Part shown: one piece after another, positions 24,933 to 37,085 of the stretch
Position numbering within the stretch: position 1 is the stretch's first letter
How the letters are laid out: the number at the start of each line of letters is the position of its first letter
From: Girardia tigrina
Taxonomy: Eukaryota
Assembly (NCBI GenBank): GCA_001938485.1
Contig: MQRK01243741.1
Location: 1 to 50,395, forward strand
Length of the DNA: 50,395 nt
Reading direction: 5' to 3'
Notes under the pieces: model-generated
What the model saw: only the letters and a program-made list of their open reading frames with translations
The model's database searches: none
What the model was told of the DNA's origin: nothing
Position numbers and translations under genes: made by a program

Positions 24933-27069
24933 GAATAAAGTTTTTTTATACAGTTCGAAATACATTTTTGTACATTATAGATTTTTTTGTGAATAGAAAA
25001 ATATATGACCTGCGTATTTCTCTTAAAAAGCAGATAAAGTTTCCCATTAAACTTAGTTCTAAAATGTCTTGTGGAACTGAGATCCGGGTGGATATAATTT
25101 TTCAAAACCTACTGAAAACAATTTTAAAAGAAATAATTAGATAAATGAACATTAAAGCATTAAGAAAACAGCAATTATTGTTGGGCAGTTATTTTTACAA
25201 TGTATTTCCGACACAGACGTGTTCTAATTGCAGAAATCAACTATGTTTAGCTGCTACCATTGTCTCTTTGTTATTTAATGTAAAAGTCTGGTTTTTATGA
25301 TAATTTTATGAAGAAATAAAACTCTAACTTTTATATTAGTTAATGTCAATGATTATTGAAAAATTGAAATTCGTTTTTTAAATTCCATAATCTTATAGGA
25401 TTTGTGATTTTTCTCCAAATCTTCGTTTGTCATTTTACTCAAATCACCTTTATATAATCTTCTCGACTCATTTTATACTTTTCATATCATTTATTTGTTA
25501 ATGATAATAAATTTAATCATTTTAAAGCCTTTTGCCGATTTTCTTTTCACATTATCACTGAAAAACTTTTATTAAGAAAAAATTCTGTTACACTTTTATT
25601 CAAGTTTTCAAGAATCTTTTTTCCTCCTGGTCGGTGACCCTGTAGAGCTCAAAATGATTTCTAAATTTCTTAAAATGGACATTTAATTAGCAAAAATTTT
25701 ATTTTAGTGAAAAGTAAGCAACTTGACAGATACCTTAGGCACATCATAAAAAATACAGATTAAACGAAATTATATTACCTTTTTTACTTTATTTTTTTTA
25801 AATACTAAACAAAAATATCTAAACATTTTTTATTTACTTTTTTTTATTTTTATTTTTAATTGATATCAAATATAATTATAATTTTGTAATGTTTAAATGA
25901 TTCGAATTTTATTTTAAACAACAATTAAAAGAAAATCAATATATAAATGTTTTTCTTTTTTGAAATTTCTTTTATATGAAAATAATTGTTTATTGAAATT
26001 CTGTAAAATATAAATTTCGATTTATTATGTTGTTGAATTTCAATAGGATATATTCATTGAGAATTGTGTTTTTAATTATTTATTTGTGTATATATTAATG
26101 AATTTTAACTAAATTTCTATAATAAAAGATTGAGGAAGTTATAAGAATTTAATTTATAATTATATAATAAAAGGATTAAGGTATTGTAATTTAGTTGAAT
26201 GTCTTCGTAACAATATTAGAAAGAATGTATTTAGTCTTAACAGGTTTCAAAACTTTTTTCTATTACTAAAAATCTCTTTAACAAAAGGTGAATTATTCTT
26301 CTTTATTGTTATTGAAATTATGGAAATGAGAGATTTAAAACAGCGTCTAATGATTCTTTTGTTTTATAAAAAATTCAAATGTTTGAAAAAATAGATTAAT
26401 TTATGTACAATAAAAAATAATAATGTCTTTGAATTTGATGAACAATCAAAGCCGAAAAAGCTCAGATTTTCAACCCGGTCATTATTATGGTCTAATTTTG
26501 TTATATTGTGTATAAATATAAAAGTTACTTTTTAAAACAAATAAATCCTTTTTTGGGAAGAATAATATTTATAAATAATATATTTTGATGGTAAAGAAGA
26601 CAAAATACATTATCAATTAATAATATTACAATTGGCGATGTTTTGTTTGTTTTTTCAAGTCGGTATCTTTGATGGCAATTATTTATCTTTTGAATGCCAA
26701 ATTCTTTTCCAAAAAAACTTTAATAAAAAATATTTTTTTAAAAAAACACAACAATTTTCCATAACTTATTTTATATTGAGAGTTTAAATTATCAAAAAAC
26801 TTCAAGAATAATATTAAGTAATCTGTAATAATATTTATTTTTTACAATTATTTTTTAAAAATATATATGAAACTATTAGAAAATAATTGCGTTTTTCATC
26901 AATATATATTTGAAAAAATATTAATATAATAGCTCAAGTTTTTTTTATTGAGATTTTATAAAAATATCATTTTTAAAAATGTCCAATAATTTAAGTTTCA
27001 ATTTTTAAGAAAATACAGTTTAAAAATTATTTAATTACAAAAAATAAGAAAATTATGACTTTCAATGTA

Positions 27070-27800
27070 TGTTCGTTTATCCTACTTGAATGTCATTTGC
27101 CTTTCATAACAACGAAGAATTGAGTCTATCATCTTAATTGTAACTCTCAAAGGATTGCTTTCTCATTCTTCCTTGATCATGTAAAAATTTTCTGATTTTT
27201 TAAAATGTTTTTCGATGCTTCAATCGAAGTTACCATTTGTGCTCAATAGGATTGAGATCGAAGTTTTCTGAATGCAAAGTGAGAAAGGGGAACTTGTTAT
27301 TGCTGTAAAAAGGATTCGCTGTATTCTACGCGTTCTTAGAATAATTAAATTATTTGGTAATTCAAACAATCGAATGAATAGGATCAATCGAAGCTGAACT
27401 AAAACATCCCCAAAATAAAACTTGCCATCTGATATTTTATGTGGTTAGAATTTTATATTGTGGCTGTTTCGTTGACAAAAAACAGCATCGTAAATTTACT
27501 TAATTATATCGAATATAAATAAATTAAATATTGATGAATCTTTCCAGATAATGTTTCCTAAATATTTCGGTGTTTAATTCAAATGTTTCTTTGTAAATTC
27601 TACCCGAGTCTTTCAATTCTCGACGGAAACCAGTGGTATTTTTAACACGTCAACGTACGTCAGATTAGTATAATTTAAACTAATTCAAACCATTTAAAGT
27701 GTATGGGTTAAAACTTGCTTCCGGGGGAATATCAATTGTAATATTATGAGCATTCGAAAGAGAAAATTTAATAAAGATTCTGTCCTCTCTTCCAACTGTA
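27070..27800 (-). mobile_element. Degenerate Tc1-like transposase relic
   Basis: VKIPLVSVEN*KTRVEFTKKHLN*TPKYLGNIIWKDSSIFNLF, VLFWGCFSS and DLNPIEHKW match Tc1 motifs KKPLLS..R.EFAKKH..W...WSDESKFNLF, VWGCFS and SPDLNPIE.LW. Confidence 0.75.
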
Positions 27801-28213
27801 ATTTGAAGAAGACCAAAAAAATAGTCTTGTTTCACGGCAGCACTTAACAATTTTTCAATTAAAATTCTGTTAGATTTAAGGCTAAATTACAAAAAAAGCT
27901 CAACTAATTTAATAACCTGTGTTTATTTTATTGAATAATGAAATTGTTGATGTTCCTAATATCCTTTCTAAAAATGTTATCGCGTCATTCTTCCAGTGTA
28001 TTCAAAAATTATTGAATTTATTTAAATAATTTTATATACTGTTTGTCGCTTTAATTAAATTAATTAAACACTTTAATCTGCGGTCATTTGAGTAATATGT
28101 TCTAGAGCAATATTATTACAAAACAATTCTTTCTTAACTAAATTAGATCATAAATTGTATTATATTTGTATCATTAATTTATTTTTATTTTTATATTAAC
28201 CGAAATTTTAAAG

Positions 28214-28491
28214 TTTTCAAAAAGAAGTCTCTCATGGGCAAAAGTACAGCCAAAATGATACATACAGAACTAATCAAAAAAGAAAAACGGATTGCTGGGC
28301 AATATCAGATAGCCAGAATTCCGATATAGATTCAAGACGTTATTTTGGTCGAAATTATACAGATTTGGAAACTGAGCACGAAGTGGTTTCACCGGTAAGT
28401 AATCTATCAAACAAGGCGTATAGTCGACGGGGTGAATATCTCACAGCATCTTTTAAGAAACATAAGATAGAAAATAGACAACAGATTCATG
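28214..28491 (+). CDS. unc-13: Exon of Unc-13-like gene (FQKEVSHGQKYSQND...RQQIH)
   Basis: aag acceptor, phase-2 start matching the previous exon, open frame, gtattt donor. An internal gtaagt at 28395 is a possible alternative donor. Confidence 0.72.
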
Positions 28492-28531
28492 GTATTTACA
28501 TAAATTGTCGTGATAAGTATTGATACGTTAG

Positions 28532-28743
28532 AGAGTTCAGGTGAAGAGCACTTCAATGGTGGAGATAATATTAGTTTTCAAACTGGAGAAAGTCGTATAG
28601 ACGATGCAAGTGCCCAGAACACCAACAATCAACAAAGCAGCAGCCTTGAATACGCTACCACTAACATAAGTAGCTTCGATGATGTGACTGGATCTAACAT
28701 TCCTTCATCATATCGTCAAAGAACTCAGATTTCCGAAAGACCA
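28532..28743 (+). CDS. unc-13: Exon of Unc-13-like gene (ESSGEEHF...QISERP)
   Basis: Follows the 40-bp intron 28492-28531. Lies inside ORF 28510-28935. gtaaca donor. Confidence 0.75.
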
Positions 28744-28794
28744 GTAACATATTTTACTTTTATTTTGTTTACAATTATATGCTCAATTATCCAG

Positions 28795-28921
28795 GAATCC
28801 GACGACGTCACTCCATTTAACGACAAAGACGTAATTACTCAAACTAGAAAAGTTTCTCGGGATTCTGAGACAAAAAATAAATTTGTCCAACAAAATTCTG
28901 ATTTCTCAAAAAATAAAAACG
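28795..28921 (+). CDS. unc-13: Exon of Unc-13-like gene (ESDDVTPF...SKNKN)
   Basis: Follows the 51-bp T-rich GT-AG intron 28744-28794, which is in frame and stop-free. gtttgt donor, phase-1 end. Confidence 0.72.
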
Positions 28922-29269
28922 GTTTGTATTTATGACATCATAAAATATTTTCATTTTTTAAGTTAATAAAAATACATTTGTAGAAAAAAATATATTTTTT
29001 AGAAATTTTTATTAAAAATTTAATCAAATTTATTTTGTATTATTTTTTTTAAATTATTCCTTTTGGTTCCCTCATTTTATCTTTATGTACGACAATTTTA
29101 TCAAAAATATTGTCCTAATGTTTTGAACCATAAAATTAACATACATTTTTATTTAGCACCCATTATTTCTGGATATAAATCTTTAATTTTTTTCATAAAA
29201 TATTTTACTTTAATGGAGAGTGATTTAGTTTTAAGAGTAAAAGAAAATTAAAAATCTCTTTTTCGTGGA

Positions 29270-29560
29270 CAAAGTTTATTTTTAGTTATTAACGTCAGGC
29301 CGAATCCGTTACTTGATGCACAGTGTCTCTCAAATTAATCCATCAGTACAGTGTTTTCATGTTATTTAACTTTGTATAAAATTTACTAAATTAACCTTTC
29401 TAAAAATTTTACATGCCAATAACGTGAACATTAAGTAAATTTATCAATGCAAATATCTCATAAAATATAAATATTTTTATAAGATTTTCAAAAAAAATGG
29501 TCGCTCAATTTAATCCGTCATTACTTTCATATCAATAAAATTTTATCATTTGTGCCTGAA
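29270..29560 (-). mobile_element. Degenerate Penelope-like 3' end fragment
   Basis: GLN*ATIFFENLIKIF resembles the PLE C-terminus seen at 39221-39499. Bases ~29350-29468 are the reverse complement of ~30351-30465, and ~29310-29345 match ~31000-31030. Confidence 0.5.
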
Positions 29561-30111
29561 TTTCGTCAACAGCGATTGATTCATAACGGCACAACATTTC
29601 AGGTGTGTCCAATACGGTGCCATCTAGAAAATCTTTGCACACAACTCGATTTTTCTGCTGTCAAATGAATGCCGACATGAGTAGTGATTTTAACTAACGA
29701 TTTTCCTATTTGGACTCCAACAGACTGAGGTGTGCTCGGTTGAATCCGTGTGATTCTGAAAAACACTACCCGTTTTATTTATTATTATTATCGATTTTTC
29801 CATGCTTTTGATTTTAACAAAGTTAGATTTTTATATAATTTTATATATAATAAGATTTTTATTTATTACAAAAAATGAATGGTTTTAAAATCAATCGCCA
29901 TGAATATCGTTTTTCACAAGGTAGTAAACAAAGAATTTCTTCGAATGGCGAAAGCAATTCGTCATATCTTTGTTGCATTCATTTGCTGCCTTCAGCCTCG
30001 ATTTTGTCCTGCAAAACGAAAAGTCATACGGCCTGGATGAATTTTTATTGATGTGCTGTCTTCCAGTTTTAGTTTTGCGAAAAACACTTCAATTGAATTG
30101 AAGAATGGATT

Positions 30112-31040
30112 ATGCTGAAGCAAATTTACCATGTCATGATTGAAGAAAATATTGAAATGGATTCTCGCATTATCCTGGATTATTATTATATCCTGTCAAA
30201 ATTATTTAAAATCTTTATTGTAATCCATAATATTACCTTTAATCTTATGGATTACAATAAAGATTTTAAATGGATTTTAAATAATTTTGACACAAATTAT
30301 GAAAAGATTATTGCCGAAGCATTGTTAATAAAGCATTTTGATTTACTACTTATATTTTATGAGATATTTTCATTGATAAATTTACTTAATGTTCACGTTA
30401 GTGACATGAAAAATTTTAAGAAAGGTTGGTTTAGTAAATTTTGCATAAAGTTAAATAACAGGAAAATAATATTATTAATAAAAAAAATTTTTTATAAAAA
30501 CAACCACGTTTTTCAAGCATTACCAATGCACTAAAAAGAGGAAAATAATTTTTTTCTAGATATGTGAGAAATTTTATACCTAACAAAAAACGTGGGGCGG
30601 ATTTCTAAATTACTGCTATTAGTAACTGCTATTTCCTCTTTACTGATTTTTTAGTAACAATCGATTATTTCTATGCCGCACGTTTTTCTCACATATCTAG
30701 AAACAAAAATTTCTCACTTATCTAGAAAAAAATAATTTTCCTTTTTAGTGCATTGGTAATGCTTGAAAAACGTGGTTGTTTTTATAAAAAAATTTTTTTA
30801 TTAATAATATTATTTAACTATTTTTAGTTATCATTTAGGAATTTTTTTTATCAAATTGTATTGTCATCGGAAGCAAGCCTGTATAAAAAAATTCAGCTGA
30901 ATTGGATGACTGAAAGTGGTCGAAAAATCAATCGCAAGATTTGTTCCAGACAGACAAACAGACAGACAAGAAAGCAAGCTAATAAAAACGTGGTAAAAAT
31001 GTACTGACGGATTAATTGGAGTGACTTTGTATATGTTTGA
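30112..31040 (+). mobile_element. Degenerate Penelope-like GIY-YIG 3' fragment interrupted by a nested insertion (~30464-30999)
   Basis: NKDFKWIL...YEKIIAEALLIKHF is a PLE endonuclease C-terminal motif. The tail shared with the 29.3-kb copy stops at ~30465 and resumes at 31000 (tgtactgacggattaatt). Confidence 0.55.
30464..30999 (-). mobile_element. Helentron-associated (HINE/DINE-1-like) non-autonomous element with a ~110-bp foldback
   Basis: Inverted repeat 30464-30575 / 30706-30815. (ACAG)n-type microsatellite at 30947-30968. Recurrent accacgttttt subterminal motif. Inserted between A/T runs with no clear TSD. Confidence 0.55.
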
Positions 31041-31479
31041 GTCATCAATATATGACAATAAAGCATAATGTGGTTTTTAAGGATTTTTTCAAAATAAATT
31101 ATAAATTTAAAAAAAAATGAATCGAAACAAATTCAAATGTAGTCATTTTGTCAAGATCACTCAACTCCTTCTTTCAAACACTTTAATTTATTCTCCAGTA
31201 TATTTTTGATTGTTCTATTTGTCAAGAATGGACAGAATTACTGACTTCCATCCAATGAACAATCCTTTCGCGTCGCGTTTTCTTTACGGTGGCGTTTACG
31301 AGAGGAAAGAAACAATAAATTTATTTATTATTCTAAATTATTTGTTAATTTCTTAATAATCCGATTCCTTTTTCTTATAATTGTGATAAACTTTTATTAT
31401 AATATTTAACTTTCCATTGGATTTTTCAAATATTAATGTCGTATTACAATACAAAAGTGTTGTTACATTTTTATTGTTT

Positions 31480-32060
31480 TTACATTGAAACAATGAATAA
31501 ATATTGAGTCGATAAGTATTCGTCTTTTAAGAATGGCTAACGATTATTTAACAGGAATTGTGAGTTTTCTCCAGTCGTTTTGCTATTAAAGATTATTCAG
31601 GATTAGAAATTGAGGAATATATTATTTAATCTAACGCTTTGAAGAATTTTTATTAATATAATAAGTCAAGAAGAAATTTATATCAAATCAAATTTCATAT
31701 GATTTTTCTAGTATATTTGGTTCTTAATTTGAATCTGTATTTATATTTTTTGTTACTTCTTGTTTTTCAGATTATTATAGGAAATGTGTAAAAACATGTA
31801 TAATATTGGTAAAAAACCCCCCGAAAAGTAAGTATGACACAAAGAAATGGCCTTGAAACTTCATATATCATGTCTAAAAGCCTGCCATTTGTGTAAAACT
31901 GGCCTAAATTTGGTTTAACATAGATAGTGCGAACCGCTGATATAACGTTCGACATGATACATTGCAAAAACAATTACAGACTTTATATAATTACAAGTTT
32001 TGTTATGGTAGAAAGACTTTTGATATGTGGTCATAAAATATGGATTGTTGATCAAATGAG
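31480..32060 (-). mobile_element. Possible second Gypsy integrase relic
   Basis: LQCIMSN...KPNLGQFYT..RLLDMIYEVSRPF and NDWRKL weakly resemble the integrase zinc-binding and core regions. Confidence 0.3.
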
Positions 32061-32408
32061 AAGCGTTTAACTTTCCACTTTTGTCAGTTTTAAGTTACAA
32101 ATAAAATAAAATTATTACAATTATCGAGTGCCAATGAAAAATGTTTTTTGAAGCTATACGTTCCCTCCTTCTTAATTTTAACTCATTAATTCTGCTTACG
32201 AAGAAATATTATTGTTAATGATTAAAAATGAAGGTATATATATTTAATACATAAAGTTAGTTTTAATAAGAATTAATGATAACACAAAAGTAAAAAGTTT
32301 CATTGAAAATTATTATTTATTTGTAAGATATTTGTATGTATATAAATATTTTATTTTGTATTGGTTTAATTTCTAAATAAAATATTTAATCAATAAATTT
32401 AGAAACAA

Positions 32409-32410
<2 letters not shown>

Positions 32411-32454
<44 letters not shown>

Positions 32455-32466
32455 TTATATATATAT
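32411..32466. repeat. (TA)n microsatellite; similar tracts at ~1466, 2553-2642, 3199, 6540, 8300-8425, 39693 and 42449
   Basis: Seen directly in the sequence. Confidence 0.95.
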
Positions 32467-33519
32467 GGTCTAGTGAACAATAATTTGAAATTTTTAGAAT
32501 AATTTTAGATATGTTTTTAAAAATCTAATATGTTTTGAAATGCATTAGCATAATTTTAATGACTTTTGTGTGAAGATTGTTAATAACCCAGTGCAAATAT
32601 ATTGTAGCACCTCATGTAAAACAAACTCATCAATGTTGAAGTCGTCAAAGTCATATATTTACCTATGAGCCCGAATTTTGTTTACCGTCCTTTAAGAAAT
32701 AATTAAAAGAAAATCTGTGCTCGATTTTCTGGAATAAGTAAAATGGCAATTACTGAAAACCAAAATTTAAATTTCCACTGACAGATTTATAATTATTATT
32801 TATTATTTAATGGTTTTAATTACAAATTTGAAGATTTTCCTCAAACCCGAACTAGCTTAGAGATAAAGTGTTTATCCTTTCCAATTATGTATGTCGTAAA
32901 TCTATTTTTTCGGGAACAATTCAGTTATATTTGATTTATTTATTGAAACATGATTAAATGTTTCTCAGTTCTTAAATCGCTGTTTTTGCTCGGCAATCGA
33001 ACAGAATTGTGATTTTTAACAATTATTTATTAATCAAATTATTATTACAATAAATTAATACTGGAAATTTATCTTTGGTTATTACAAAACAATATCTTTG
33101 AAGGAAGTTAATAAAATTTGACAATTTATAACACGTGAACAGACGCTAAATACAAATTTATTATGTGCTTTTATCTTTCCGACCGAGCGGTCTTTGATAC
33201 TTTGCCACAAAAGAAAAAAAATGTAAAAAATGTACAAGAAGCAAAGATAAAGAAATAAGAAAATTATTTAAATAAGAAATCTAAATTTAAATTTAAAATA
33301 AGAAATTTATTTTTTGTCAGAGCATTAAGTTAACACATCCACGTTATCCAAGTATTTTTTTCAAAATCTAAATTTATGAAACATTTATTAAATGATTATA
33401 ATGAAATCTTTTTGAAAGATCCAGAGATTCTTCCGTCAGAGATTTTTTTCCATTTCAAATAAGAATGTTTTTTAAGACAATCAAAAAATGATCGCAAATT
33501 ATTTTTAAACACAAAAACA

Positions 33520-34230
33520 CGCCATTTTTTAAATAAACATTTATTTTTATGACAATTAATTTTGATGGTATAACCGTCATCGTCAGGTCTCAAGAAAAAA
33601 GAGTTTTAAATCAGCTTATATTGGCAAGCTGTGATTGTGTCATCAATGGATTGTTATGTCATCTAAAGAAGCTCAATAGGGTTTTTGAAAGACATTAATC
33701 TTATGACCTAAAGATCTTATATAAAGTGCTTCGCATGCCAACCTCTCCCAATAGTTCTTAAAACGAGAACACAGCATTTAAAATCATTTATGTTTATATT
33801 TTCGTTTGAATTACAACCCTTTCTGTGTTCTCCAATATTACTCCAACCTACATTCCGACCGTGTTCTTGGATTCTCTCTCCAATGTATGTGACATAACAC
33901 ACATTACATGTAAATTTATATACGAGATCCAAAGATAATCCAAAAGGGGTTGGAGATTTATTACAAAATACATTTTGGATTTTATATGTTTGTGATATTA
34001 TTTTTAAATTAAACGCATAATTTACCCATTTTAAAATTGAAAGTTTAAATTGACCAAATCCATCGGAATATTGAATGCTTAAAACGTATTTTAAAGTTGT
34101 TGATTCTTCTTTATCATTTTTAATCGGTTTATTAATTAATTTATCAATTGTTTCTTTGATCAATTTCTCAACAATTGATTTTGAATAACCATTTTTATTC
34201 AATAATTTGATTAATTGTTTGATGCTATGA
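33520..34230 (-). mobile_element. Penelope-like element 3' part (thumb/GIY-YIG and 3' repeat), degenerate
   Basis: LNKNGYSKSIVEKLI, LVYKFTCNVCYVTYIGE..RIQEH...IGEH, followed by a 3' region with a hammerhead motif. Confidence 0.85.
33551..33589 (-). ncRNA. Degenerate minimal type I hammerhead ribozyme (PLE-associated)
   Basis: Minus strand: GAC-CUGACGA-U-GACGGU-UAU-ACCAUC-AAAA-UUAAUU-GUC. Stem I is GAC/GUC, stem III is palindromic, GAAA is mutated to AAAA, and stem II has one mismatch. Confidence 0.65.
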
Positions 34231-36029
34231 GACTGAGATTCACGGAAAGAAAACTGATACTGGGCTATATACAATGTCAAACAGTTTTTGTGAATATCGA
34301 TACAAATATAATATGATAAGAGGGTTAATTTTTCTATCCTGGTCATTATCATCAACTTATACACAAAGTTGTGATAGCATCAACCAATTCACCAAATTAT
34401 TGAATAAAAATTGTCATAAAAAATAAATGTTTATTTAATGTTTTTTTTTAAATTATATGAAAAAGAAATTTTAAAGTAATTTATTCATATTTTTTGTTTT
34501 AAATATTTCTCTTAAATATTGATTCAAATATTTCTTTTGTAAAATTTTATTATATTTGCATAATAATCGTGATCTTGAGAACTTGAAGTCAAGTATTGTC
34601 TCAAGATTGCATTTCAATTTATTATTTTGCATTTCTTCAAAAACATTTTGTTAAAAATAGATATCCATAAAAATAAGTAAATTAATTAATTTATAATTCA
34701 AATTAATTTTAATATAATATTTACAAATTCATATTAGAATTCATAAAGAAATTTGATTATTGATGGTTCTTTTATGGAAGTAGTTTATGTTGACGTAAAT
34801 CTTTTTTAAAAATATAACATTATTATTTTTAATAAATTTGCATTTTAGATATTCTTATTCTTGAATATTGAAAGTACCTTTCATTCTTAACATTCGGGTC
34901 GTTTTACTTTCTTTTTTATGTCTACTTGAGATTTTATACCATTTTTTCATTTTATATATTGCTTTAATTTAACTGATGTCCGTCCACGAACGATAAAAAC
35001 AAATGTCAAAATAATTTATAATTTATTTTAATAAAAATTTTAATAAAAACAGAAAAGGCAAAATACAAATAATTGTTGGTGTCATTAATTTAACTTTATA
35101 AGTTTGAGTTTGCAAGGTTATTTAGACAGCAAATTTATTTAGTAAACTGAAAATTGTAGAATATATAAAAAATGATGAAAATTAAATAAACTTAAAAAAA
35201 ATTATCTTGTTAGAAAAAGTATCAAAGTAATATTCTTTTATTATGAATGCATCATAATTTGTCTTAATTTTGTTTGTTTCAAAATGTTGCAATGGACAAA
35301 GTGAAGTTCCATCATATGAAAACATTAAAATTGTTATGAATATTACAATTATTTATTTAACTCTTTGGATTAAACAAGTCTCTTTTAGAGACAATTATTT
35401 GGAGGATATATATTTCAAACTCCAACCGAATTAAGACAACTGAAAATTTTCCTTTTTTTCTTGCAGTAAATAATAATTATAATCTTACTATTATATAATA
35501 ATTTATTTATATGTCGATTTATGGACATGAATTTGAATTTGTAGTTTTAATTGAAAATAATTTATCTTTTTTATTATTAAAATAATTATTACCTTTATGT
35601 CTTCATATCTGTGCCTATATCTTCACATTTATATGATAAATTAAAATTTTCATGAATTTTATTTTTTTGCAATTAAAAGAGAAACATCAACACGAAACTC
35701 AATCAAACATAAATTCGGACGTATCAATAATTTACATAATTTACATTATTGAAGAAACGTCGATTTTTACAAATAATAACAGATTTTAAATAATTTATTT
35801 GATTTTATATTCATTTGCAAAAAAATTATTAAATACAGTTTTCTCTCATTAAATTCCAATTAATTTCGATGAAATCAGATGCATCAACAATGATTATGCT
35901 TTTTACCAAAAGTAGCACAATATGTTTTGAGTAAGATGATTTTATTAAATTAAAAGAATTTTAGAGAACAAATTCAGAATATTAAATGGAAAAAAATTAA
36001 AAAAATTATTATGAATACTTTAACATATA

Positions 36030-36135
36030 TTCACTGTCTGTTTTACCTTAAAATCTCGCAAACAATTTTTTACAACTTTTAATTGTCCGATTGAGCTGAA
36101 GTTTTGTGCAGTTGCGTTACCCGATGATAACACAT
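36030..36135 (+). repeat. Second, degenerate copy of the HINE-like core found at 30860-30945
   Basis: aaatctcgca...tccgattgagctgaagttttgt...ccgatgataacac aligns to the reverse complement of 30858-30942 (aaatcttgcg...tccaattcagctgaatttttt...ccgatgacaatac). Confidence 0.5.
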
Positions 36136-36164
36136 GAATGAATTAAAAGATTTACTATCTAAAT

Positions 36165-37085
36165 CAGGGGTGAGCAAACTTTTTAATCAACGGGCCATTT
36201 TAAATTTTAAATTTGACACATAAAGTATCACTTATAAATAATTTACGAATCTTTATTTATAATGAACATTACAATAAAAAACATAAGATTTTGAAAAAAA
36301 GTAAAAAATTTATGAACAATTCATAATGTAAAATAAAATCAATCCAGAGAAGAACTGAAAAACTTTTATTTGAAATTTTTAATGGTAAATTTGGCACTGT
36401 TTTAGCTTTATAATCGTGCATCAATTGTCATTTTTGATTAATTTCATGATTGAAAATAATTCTTCGTAAAGATACGCACTTCCGAAAAGAGACATCAATT
36501 GCTTTGCATTTTTCGTCAAAAGCGGTAATTTCTTAGGGCTCATATAATATTTATAAAAAATTACAATATTTACTGAGAAAAATACATTTTCTAAATCGTT
36601 ATTATTTTGCATATCAATCACTTCCATTTATAAGTCTACGGGAATTGTATCCTCATCGACATTAAGTTTCGAGGAAAACATTTTCATGCAAACCGATATC
36701 TTCTCAGCTTTGAACATTTTGAACCGTAATTGAAATTCATTGATGTTTATATGTTTATATATTGTACATATTTTTCAGAAGTAGTAACGTACTCTTTTTC
36801 TAAAATGAGACTTATTATTCACCAGAAGATGCTAACTCCGCAATTGTAATTTGCGCCCAAAGCCCAGAATTGTATCAGTCAAATTGCGAATAAACTATTC
36901 TTTTCCTTTTTTTGATTTTTATAACGGTTGAACTTTAACACACTTATTCAGTGAAATTATGTAAGGCATAAGAGTGATAAGAGAAAATCAATACAAAAAA
37001 TTGAATTTTAGATATTCTTGGAGGGCTGCATAAACATTTTTAACGGGCCACAAGCGGCCCGCGAGCCACGTATTGCACACCCCTG
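36165..37085 (-). mobile_element. Internally deleted hAT (Charlie/GTF2IRD2-like) transposon with TIRs and an 8-bp TSD
   Basis: TIRs caggggtgagcaa / ttgcacacccctg. TSD atctaaat (36157-36164) / atcaaaat (37086-37093), 7 of 8 identical. Transposase remnant MEVIDMQ...FYKY...LMSLFGSAYLYEELFSIMKLIK. Confidence 0.9.

Noticed and set aside
29280-29460. Apparent hAT dimerisation-domain similarity on the minus strand
   Set aside because: Better explained as the inverted copy of the Penelope tail at 30351-30465 and 31000-31030.
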